From a virus (taxonomy: Duplodnaviria; Caudoviricetes): 58,231 nucleotides of DNA. The stretch covers positions 1-58,231 of the IMG/VR virus record IMGVR_UViG_3300033076_000421, one strand, 5' to 3'. The translations under genes were made by a program, and so were the position numbers. Shown one piece after another: positions 16,507-23,972 of the stretch (the stretch's first letter is position 1; each line of letters begins with the position of its first letter). The notes under the pieces were generated by a model that saw nothing but the letters and a program-made list of their open reading frames with translations, was not told the DNA's origin and ran no database searches.

Positions 16507-18298
16507 ACAAACCCTGATCCTCGATACCGAGGTCTATATCGACTACTTCCTACTCTCCTTCCTGAACGCCGAGACAGGGAACGTCCGCGAGTTCGAGATG
16601 TTCCCCGGTCAGCCGTTCGACACCGAGACCGTCAAGCGCATCATGTCTCGCTATCGGGTCGTGACCTTCAACGGCAACGGCTTTGACATCCCCATCATCA
16701 GCGAAGCGGTCAGGGGCTCTGGGACAGCAGTCCTGAAGAAGGTCGCCAATGACATCATCGTCCGGGGTAAGCGCTCATGGGAGATCGGCATTGAGCCGAT
16801 GAAGTGCGATCACATCGACCTGATCGAAGTCGCACCTGGCATTGCCAGCCTCAAGATTTACGGCGGACGGCTGCACTGCGACAAGATGCAGGACCTCCCC
16901 ATTGACCCCGACGCTCACATCTCACCGGCAGAGCGCGTCCAACTGAAGACCTACTGCGTCAATGACCTCAGGACCACCAAGGCGCTTTACGACAAGCTCA
17001 AGCCTCAGATCGAACTGCGTGAGCGCATGTCGTCTGAGTATGGTGTCGATCTTAGGAGCAAGTCCGACGCTCAGATCGCTGAGGCTGTGATCGGCAAGCA
17101 GGTCGCCAAGGCCATGGGCGTAGATCGCCTGTATCGCCCCGAGTTGGAGCCTGACGCCGAGTTCCGATATACCCCACCTACCTTCATCCAGTTCGCCTCA
17201 GAGCCCCTCCAGGAGGTCCTACGGAACGTGTGTGATACCACCTTCGTCGTGCCTGAGAGCGGCAAGGTGGATATGCCCAAGTCCCTGTCCAATGCCAAAA
17301 TCCAGATCGGTGAGGGCGTCTACCGCATGGGTATTGGGGGACTCCATTCGAGCGAGAAGTCCGTCGCCTATGTGGCCGATGACGACTACCTCCTGATCGA
17401 CAGGGACGTGGCGAGCTACTACCCGGCCATTATCCTCAATACTAACCTGGCCCCAGACCACATGGGCAAAGCCTTCAGCGATGTCTATGAGCAGATCGTC
17501 AAGCGTCGCTTGACAGCCAAGCGGGCGAAGGACGTTGTCACCGCCGACTCGCTGAAGATCACCATCAATGGCTCATTCGGCAAGTTTGGATCAAAGTGGT
17601 CCAAACTCTATAGTCCCAACCTCATGATCCAGACCACTGTCACGGGACAACTGGCACTCCTGATGCTGATCGAGAGCATCGAGGCTATGGGCATCCAGGT
17701 GGTGAGCGCCAACACCGACGGCATCGTCATCAGGTGCCCAACTTGTCGCTATGGTGATTTGCTGGTGACGATCCGCGAGTGGGAGGTCGCTACGTCCTTC
17801 GAGACTGAGGAGACTCGCTACAAGGCCATCTATTCAAGGGACGTGAACAACTACATTGCCGTGAAGGCTGATGGCGTGAAGCTCAAGGGCGCATACGCTA
17901 CGGGTGGCTTGATGAAGAACCCTACCAACGAGATTTGCTCGATGGCTGTGGTCAAGATGCTGACTGACTTCACGGCAGTCGAGGACACGATCAGGGCCTG
18001 CACGGATATTCGCCGGTTCGTCACCATCCGTCAGGTCAAGGGCGGAGCCGTCGATCAGAACGGTGACTATCTGGGCAAAGCGGTCAGGTGGTATTACGCG
18101 ACCGGTGTCGAAGGTCCCCTGACCTATCAGTCCAACGGCTACACGGTCGCGCGTAGCGAGGGTGCGAAGGCGCTCATGGACCTTCCCGATGAGTTCCCTA
18201 CCGACGTGGACTATGACTGGTATATCCGAGAGGCCAACTCGATATTGGTCGATATTGGGGCAGACAAGGTGCTGTCCTCGCTGATGGAGTTGGTATGA
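16499..18298 (+). CDS. DNA polymerase, family B-like
   Basis: Exo motifs DTE, FNGNGFD, YCVND; polymerase motifs DVASYYP, KITINGSFGK, ANTDG. Confidence 0.9.
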   Translation: MSKQTLILDTEVYIDYFLLSFLNAETGNVREFEMFPGQPFDTETVKRIMSRYRVVTFNGNGFDIPIISEAVRGSGTAVLKKVANDIIVRGKRSWEIGIEPMKCDHIDLIEVAPGIASLKIYGGRLHCDKMQDLPIDPDAHISPAERVQLKTYCVNDLRTTKALYDKLKPQIELRERMSSEYGVDLRSKSDAQIAEAVIGKQVAKAMGVDRLYRPELEPDAEFRYTPPTFIQFASEPLQEVLRNVCDTTFVVPESGKVDMPKSLSNAKIQIGEGVYRMGIGGLHSSEKSVAYVADDDYLLIDRDVASYYPAIILNTNLAPDHMGKAFSDVYEQIVKRRLTAKRAKDVVTADSLKITINGSFGKFGSKWSKLYSPNLMIQTTVTGQLALLMLIESIEAMGIQVVSANTDGIVIRCPTCRYGDLLVTIREWEVATSFETEETRYKAIYSRDVNNYIAVKADGVKLKGAYATGGLMKNPTNEICSMAVVKMLTDFTAVEDTIRACTDIRRFVTIRQVKGGAVDQNGDYLGKAVRWYYATGVEGPLTYQSNGYTVARSEGAKALMDLPDEFPTDVDYDWYIREANSILVDIGADKVLSSLMELV

Positions 18299-18504
18299 CA
18301 CCTGCTGAATTGGAAACGCTGAGGGCTCTGGTAAAGAGCGTCGGGGCGCACCCTACGAGGGATGACGCAGAGCTAACGATCACAGAGGCTGAGGAGCAAG
18401 GTTACATAAAGGCAGTATCCTATGGCGTAGGATTCACCACATACAAGATTAGCCGTTTAGGCTTTGAGGTGACGAGCCTTGATCCTGAGGATGTTTACCT
18501 CTGA
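18295..18504 (+). CDS. Hypothetical protein
   Basis: ATGA overlap, GGAG RBS. Confidence 0.55.
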   Translation: MTPAELETLRALVKSVGAHPTRDDAELTITEAEEQGYIKAVSYGVGFTTYKISRLGFEVTSLDPEDVYL

Positions 18505-18800
18505 TGACACCTGAGGGCGTTATCCAGACCTACCTCAAGTCTCAGGTCCTCCGTCATGGCGGCAAGTTCCGCAAGCTGAAGTGGATCGGACGCAAAGGGG
18601 CTCCTGACTGCTTCATCTGGTGGCCGGGACCGATCCTGGCGCTGGTCGAGGTCAAGACCGAGATCGGCAAGCTCTCACCCCATCAGGTCTATGAGATCGA
18701 CAGGCTCACCGCCGACGGGTTCAGGGTCTTCGTCGTTCACTCGAAATCAGAGGTTGATGCCTTCATTTCCGAGTTGACGGCCATCTCCCGCAAGAGTTAG
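18504..18800 (+). CDS. VRR-NUC nuclease / resolvase
   Basis: E..IQ...GRKGAPD...LVEVK...GKLSPHQ. Confidence 0.88.
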   Translation: MTPEGVIQTYLKSQVLRHGGKFRKLKWIGRKGAPDCFIWWPGPILALVEVKTEIGKLSPHQVYEIDRLTADGFRVFVVHSKSEVDAFISELTAISRKS

Positions 18801-18841
18801 TGTCTGGTTACAGCGATTGACGCTGGTTGGAGAAAATTGAA

Positions 18842-19594
18842 ATGATCGAAGATTCCCACATTGCCGTATGGTTTTCCTGCGGTGCCGCCAGCGCGGTGGC
18901 CGCAAAGATGACCATTGAGAAATACGGTCACGCAAACACGATCCGAATCCTAAACAACCCTGTGATCGAGGAGCAGGAGGATAACCGACGCTTTGCCAAA
19001 GATGTTGAGGCGTGGCTGGGAATTGAGATTGAAGAAGTTGTAAATCCGAAGTGGCCTGAGAATAGCGCCGTGGCGGTATGGGATAAGCGCAAGTTTATGA
19101 GCGGGCCGCTTGGCGCTCCTTGCACAATCGAGCTTAAGAAGATGGCCCGTCAGCACTGGGAAAATACCAATAGGGCTGACTGGCACGTCCTTGGCTTTAC
19201 CGCCGACGAAGTTGTTAGGCACAATCGCTTTACGCTCACTGAGCGAGATAACGTCATCCCGGTCTTGATTGACGCCAATATCCGAAAGTCAGACTGCTTC
19301 AAGATTCTGGATGATGCTGGAATCAAACTCCCCAACGCCTACTACCAAGGCTATCCGAATGCTAACTGCAAGGGGTGCGTAAAGGCTACGTCTGCCACCT
19401 ACTGGAACCTGGTTCGTTCGGCTGACCCCGAGGTGTTTGAGCAAAGAGCGGAACAATCCAGGCGGATCGGAGCCAAACTCGTTCGCCACAATGGGAAGCG
19501 TCTATATCTCGACGAATTGCCAGCAGACGCAAAGGGTCGCGCTCTGAAGTCGCTCGTCATGCCCGAATGCGGCATTTTCTGCGAGGAAAAGTAA
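18842..19594 (+). CDS. PAPS-reductase-like PP-loop protein, Cys-rich
   Basis: AVWFSCGAASA (PP-loop variant), PCTIELK, LGFTADE, GYPNANCKGCVK, C-terminal CGIFC; probable start ATG 18842. Confidence 0.8.
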   Translation: MIEDSHIAVWFSCGAASAVAAKMTIEKYGHANTIRILNNPVIEEQEDNRRFAKDVEAWLGIEIEEVVNPKWPENSAVAVWDKRKFMSGPLGAPCTIELKKMARQHWENTNRADWHVLGFTADEVVRHNRFTLTERDNVIPVLIDANIRKSDCFKILDDAGIKLPNAYYQGYPNANCKGCVKATSATYWNLVRSADPEVFEQRAEQSRRIGAKLVRHNGKRLYLDELPADAKGRALKSLVMPECGIFCEEK

Positions 19595-19595
19595 T

Positions 19596-19799
19596 ATGCG
19601 AAAGATCATCAAAGCTGAGGATGCTGGCTATCCTGCTGAGTGGCACGAAGGCGAGCGATTCTTCCACGCCAACATCCAGCAGTTCCCTGAGCGTCGTATC
19701 TCTTGGGGCTGGGTCCTGTATCACACCGCTGCCGCTGTTGCCCTGATCGGCACGATCACTTGGTTCTTCTACATGATCGTTCTGCTCGGGGGTCATTGA
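19596..19799 (+). CDS. Small protein with C-terminal TM helix
   Basis: GAGGA RBS; hydrophobic C-terminus. Confidence 0.55.
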   Translation: MRKIIKAEDAGYPAEWHEGERFFHANIQQFPERRISWGWVLYHTAAAVALIGTITWFFYMIVLLGGH

Positions 19800-20408
19800 G
19801 TGCGTATCCATAGACATTGGTCGGCTGAGGACATCGCCAAGCTCACCCTGATGACCAAACGGGGTCATTATCTTTCCGAAATAGCCAGGGCGCTTAACCG
19901 GACGGAGTCATCTGTTCAAACGAGGGCGTATGACATGCGTTTACGCATTGATACGCCTACGAAAAAGGTTGAATGGACCGAGGAGGAAAAGGTGACTCTC
20001 GTTGCCATGCGCAAGACGGGCGCATCATACTTGACCATAGCCAAGCATCTTGGTCGATCAAGGAAGTCCACAATCGGCGCTGCCCATAGACTCGGACTGT
20101 CAATGCCGGTCTCGAAGGCTGAAGTTCGTGTTTTTGTTCCAAAGCAGGTAGCTAAGAAAACTGAATACGTCGCCCCTGACGGTCAGCGGGCCAACCTCTA
20201 TAGGTTCGATATGGCGCGCATCCCTGACATCTCAAAATACATGCTCAAGGGGTCAAACCCGAAGCTTTTGGTCGAGCGCCAGTTTGGTGAGTGCTGCTTC
20301 CCGGTGGCAGGGGATAGCGACGGAACGCTCTACTGCTGTGAGCCTGTGGTCCGAGAGAAGAAGTATTGTAAGCGGCACTACCGCGTAATGTATGTGATCC
20401 GAACCTGA
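19800..20408 (+). CDS. gcrA: GcrA-like regulator with two N-terminal HTHs
   Basis: WTEEEKVTL..MRKTGASYLTIAKHLGRSRKSTIGAAHRLGLS resembles the GcrA HTH; ECCFPVAG...LYCCEP....KYCKRHYRVMY resembles the GcrA C-terminal domain. Confidence 0.85.
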   Translation: MRIHRHWSAEDIAKLTLMTKRGHYLSEIARALNRTESSVQTRAYDMRLRIDTPTKKVEWTEEEKVTLVAMRKTGASYLTIAKHLGRSRKSTIGAAHRLGLSMPVSKAEVRVFVPKQVAKKTEYVAPDGQRANLYRFDMARIPDISKYMLKGSNPKLLVERQFGECCFPVAGDSDGTLYCCEPVVREKKYCKRHYRVMYVIRT

Positions 20409-20704
20409 TGATTAAGTTGTCGCGTATCATCAAACTCATCAGGGAATACCCAAATCTTAGTCCAACTGAGGCTAAGCTCATTATATTCCTTTATGATCAA
20501 GGAGGCTTTGCGTCTCATATTGAGATTGCCAACTTTCTTGAGCGCCCGGTAAATGGCGTAGGGGATTGGCGTAAGGCTACGACCTTAGCAAAGGTTATGA
20601 TCCATCGGATCAGGAAAGAGATCGGTAAGCCCCTTCTTATCAGCATATGGGGTCACGGTTACGAACTTACGCCCAATGCGCGCCTGCTGTCGGCAGTCGA
20701 ATGA
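20408..20704 (+). CDS. Stand-alone OmpR/PhoB (CtrA-like) winged-helix domain
   Basis: LSPTEAKLIIFL...KVMIHRIRKEIG..LISIWGHGYEL; no receiver domain. Confidence 0.8.
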   Translation: MIKLSRIIKLIREYPNLSPTEAKLIIFLYDQGGFASHIEIANFLERPVNGVGDWRKATTLAKVMIHRIRKEIGKPLLISIWGHGYELTPNARLLSAVE

Positions 20705-22062
20705 GCAGACCCTTCGTCCCTCACCCCTACCAGAACGACATCATCGAGTTCATTCACGACAATGACCGATGCGCTGTGTTCGCAGCCATGGGCACTGGCA
20801 AGACCGTATCGACCCTGACGGCGCTAGACCAACTCGCTTTGGCCGAGCCTGTCTATCCGGCGTTGGTGCTTGCCCCTCTGCGCGTCGCCAAGTCCACATG
20901 GCCCACAGAGGTCAACAAGTGGGATCACCTCAGCCACATCAAGTTCTCGGTCATCACCGGCAATGCGAAAGAGCGACAAGCGGCTCTTAACGCCAAGGCT
21001 GATGTATATACCATGAACTATGAGAACCTGACCTGGCTGGTTGACACGCTCGGAGACAAGTGGCCGTTCCGCACGGTGGTCGCGGATGAACTGCCCAAAC
21101 TCAAGGCATTTCGCACGAGGCAGGGCTCCAAGCGGGCCAAGTCTCTGAGCAAGGTGGCTCATACGCACGTCAGGCGGTTCATCGGTCTGACCGGCACGCC
21201 AGCGCCGAATGGGCTTGTGGACCTATGGGGTCAGATGTGGTTCATTGACCGTGGAGAGCGTCTGGGACGGACCTACAGCGCCTTTGAGGCTAGGTGGTTC
21301 ACCAAGGGCTGGGACGGCTTCAGCGTCAAGCCTATGGCCCATTCTCAGACCGAAATCGAGAACGCCATAAAAGATGTCTGCGTGACGATCTCAGGCTTGC
21401 CAGTCGATGAGCCGATCACCAACCCGATCTATGTCGATCTGCCGAAGGATGCCGCCGCTCTCTACAAGGAGATGGAGGATGTCATGTTCGCTGAGATCGA
21501 GGGTGAGGGGATCGAGGCAGTCAACGCTGCGGCCAAGACCATCAAGACTCAGCAGATCGCCTCAGGGTTCATTTACCTTGAGGACAAGACTTGGAAGCCT
21601 GTCCACGACGAGAAGATGGACGCCCTGCACAGCGTCGTCGAGGAAGCGGCAGGTGCCCCGGTGCTCTGCACCTATCAGTTCAAGGCCGACCTCGAACGAC
21701 TCAAGAAGGCGTTCCCCAAGGGTAGGCATCTGGACGCTGATCCAAAAACTATCGACGACTGGAATGCTGGAAAAATCCCTATCCTTTTCGCACATCCCGC
21801 ATCGGCAGGACATGGCATCTCATTGGCCGATGGGGGTAACATCCTTGTGTTCTTCGGCATGGGATGGAACCTTGAAGAATACATGCAGATCATCGAGCGA
21901 CTCGGCCCGATGCGCCAGAAGCAGGCTGGCTATGACCGGCCCGTTTACATTCACTACCTGATAGCACGCGGAACAGTGGACGAGATGGTGCTAGATCGGC
22001 TACATAGTAAGCGAAGCGTGCAGGACATCCTGCTTGAAGCCATGAAACGGAGAAGTAAGTGA
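20701..22062 (+). CDS. SNF2-family helicase
   Basis: Start ATG 20701; MGTGKT, VVADE, GLTGTP, HPASAGHGISL, QIIERL. Confidence 0.92.
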   Translation: MSRPFVPHPYQNDIIEFIHDNDRCAVFAAMGTGKTVSTLTALDQLALAEPVYPALVLAPLRVAKSTWPTEVNKWDHLSHIKFSVITGNAKERQAALNAKADVYTMNYENLTWLVDTLGDKWPFRTVVADELPKLKAFRTRQGSKRAKSLSKVAHTHVRRFIGLTGTPAPNGLVDLWGQMWFIDRGERLGRTYSAFEARWFTKGWDGFSVKPMAHSQTEIENAIKDVCVTISGLPVDEPITNPIYVDLPKDAAALYKEMEDVMFAEIEGEGIEAVNAAAKTIKTQQIASGFIYLEDKTWKPVHDEKMDALHSVVEEAAGAPVLCTYQFKADLERLKKAFPKGRHLDADPKTIDDWNAGKIPILFAHPASAGHGISLADGGNILVFFGMGWNLEEYMQIIERLGPMRQKQAGYDRPVYIHYLIARGTVDEMVLDRLHSKRSVQDILLEAMKRRSK

Positions 22063-22490
22063 AAGATTTTGACGACATCGAGCGGTTCCGTCTTCCCAGT
22101 CGGCGTGAGATCGAGACTGAGTGCGATATGGACGTGCTGCTCGATGTCCGTGACGCAGCCGAGTGGGGTGCAAACAAAATCGAAGCGGACTTGGATCATC
22201 TGTCCGAGGAGGGCGATGACGAGTGGCGAGCGCGTGCCGTATCAGCTCTGACCATCCACCGCATCTGCCTTAAGCACGTCGAGCGCCGTATCGACAAGCT
22301 CAACTACGACGCCAAAAAGAACGATAGGCCTGACGACTTCACTGCCAGGCTGATCGACAAGACCTCATGGCTGTCAAAGTTTCACCAAGCCGCAGTCGAG
22401 CACCTTGACGCTCGAACCATGAAGAAGATTGCAGAAAGTGCAAGCAAGTCACTCGAAGTCGCTATTGTGAAGGCGCTGAAACCGGAGTAA
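22059..22490 (+). CDS. Hypothetical protein
   Basis: GTGA overlap, 143 aa. Confidence 0.65.
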   Translation: MKDFDDIERFRLPSRREIETECDMDVLLDVRDAAEWGANKIEADLDHLSEEGDDEWRARAVSALTIHRICLKHVERRIDKLNYDAKKNDRPDDFTARLIDKTSWLSKFHQAAVEHLDARTMKKIAESASKSLEVAIVKALKPE

Positions 22491-22522
22491 TCTTCGGTCA
22501 CTAGACACGCCGATTTACTTTT

Positions 22523-22558
22523 AACCCCCTCGCTCAATGGCGAGGGGGTTTTGCTTTT
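22523..22558. terminator. Terminator between the converging genome arms
   Basis: AACCCCCTCGC-tcaatg-GCGAGGGGGTT followed by TTGCTTTT. Confidence 0.8.
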
Positions 22559-23723
22559 ACAAATCGAGCATGTCAGGCGAGACGACCACCTCACCGACCT
22601 TGCCGAACTTCTCGTGGTAGGTGATGCAGGAGGTCTGGCGCTCGGCCAACCAGCCATGGCGGCTTGCGTGGGCGTCACGAGCGGCCAGTGTGGGGTGCTG
22701 ATGGACCCTCATCCCTGAGTGCTCCTTGAGGTCCTCATGGTGCTGATGCCCAGTGTGGCAGACCCTATAGGTCGTCTGGCCCCACACCTCAGGGAACTGA
22801 GATGCGAACAGAAGGGGGAGTGCCTCTTTCTTCTTCATGTGGCCGTGGTGGAACGCCAACATGACCTTTCCGAACTGGAACGAGTAGTAGGGTAGCTCGG
22901 AGTCATTGATCGTCACTCGAGGCTCATTCTCATATAGCGCCGAGAACATCTGCCGAAGCCATACTGAGGAGGCGATGTCGTGGTTCCCTTCGGCCATGAT
23001 GACATGGACCGTTTCGTGCTTCATCAGCATCATGTCCACCAAGCGCCGTAATGCCTTGATGGTGATCTTAACGACCTTCGAAAACCGACCGTCTGCGTCG
23101 AGAACATGACCGTTAGTTGGCGTGACGGGGAGTAGACCGTCGGCGTGGAGGAAGTCCCCAAGCTGGGCAAGGACACCTACGCGAGAGGCTGGGGAGTTCG
23201 TGATCATGTGCTCAAAGGACTTGAGCAGCGTCTTCTCAGCGATCTTCAAATCCCAATCGGCACCACCTTCCTGCCTCCAGGCCATCATGCCCATATGGTA
23301 GTCGGTGATGATGTAGAGGTTCGCCAGATGAGCTATGGCGTTCGACGGACCCTCAATCGGGTCTAGGCGGGGAATCTCCTCGCTCATGGCTTCGACTGCT
23401 GCCTTGAGCATCTCCATCCGACGCTCGTCATCGGCGCTGGACTTTACCCACTGTCCGCGAGCCTTACCCTCGCTGTCGTAATAGGTGGAGACCCCTTTGA
23501 CCTTGTAGCCGTCTGGGACAGCGTGGGTCATATCGTGCTGTGGAGAGTAGCCTCTGAGGGCGGCGCTCTTGTATAGCCGCCGCATCGCCTCGTTGAGGGT
23601 ATTGTGGGAGAGACCTAATGCCGCTGCGGCTGCTCTGCCTGATCCGTATCGGTCGATTGCGTCGAGGTGTTCGATTTGCTTGAGTGTGGCATACTTGCGG
23701 AGTTCAGGATCGAAGATGTTCAT
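22557..23723 (-). CDS. Calcineurin-like metallophosphoesterase with N-terminal HTH
   Basis: TDYHMG, LGDFLH, GNHD, HHGH, GHQHH; N-terminal GSGRAAAAALGLSHNTL. Confidence 0.85.
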   Translation of the reverse strand: MNIFDPELRKYATLKQIEHLDAIDRYGSGRAAAAALGLSHNTLNEAMRRLYKSAALRGYSPQHDMTHAVPDGYKVKGVSTYYDSEGKARGQWVKSSADDERRMEMLKAAVEAMSEEIPRLDPIEGPSNAIAHLANLYIITDYHMGMMAWRQEGGADWDLKIAEKTLLKSFEHMITNSPASRVGVLAQLGDFLHADGLLPVTPTNGHVLDADGRFSKVVKITIKALRRLVDMMLMKHETVHVIMAEGNHDIASSVWLRQMFSALYENEPRVTINDSELPYYSFQFGKVMLAFHHGHMKKKEALPLLFASQFPEVWGQTTYRVCHTGHQHHEDLKEHSGMRVHQHPTLAARDAHASRHGWLAERQTSCITYHEKFGKVGEVVVSPDMLDL

Positions 23724-23899
23724 CCCAGTTCCTCGTCTTCGAGTTCGAGGCTACCGGGTGGTGGCTTGACCTTCTTCCTGCGCTTCGGAATAGGTCGGCC
23801 TATCTCGTCTGCCCAATCTGCTCTGAGTTCATCGTAGATCGACTGTTGCTCGACGGCAAACGCCATCAAGCCCTTGTCCGATGGGATATATGCTTTCAA
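23720..23899 (-). CDS. Possible 59 aa protein (not in ORF track)
   Basis: TTG start after GAGGG; stop overlaps the phosphoesterase ATG (ATGA). Confidence 0.4.
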   Translation of the reverse strand: MKAYIPSDKGLMAFAVEQQSIYDELRADWADEIGRPIPKRRKKVKPPPGSLELEDEELG

Positions 23900-23972
23900 G
23901 TTACACCCTCTGTGCTCAGAGACGGCGGGAATGATCCTAGTTGTTTGCCGCCTGTTCCAGACTGTCTACAAC

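Noticed and set aside
2030-22560. Full CtrA boxes (TTAA-N7-TTAA) in phage promoters
   Set aside because: Only isolated TTAA/TTAACC half-sites were seen by eye (for example 2105); no full site confirmed without a computational scan.
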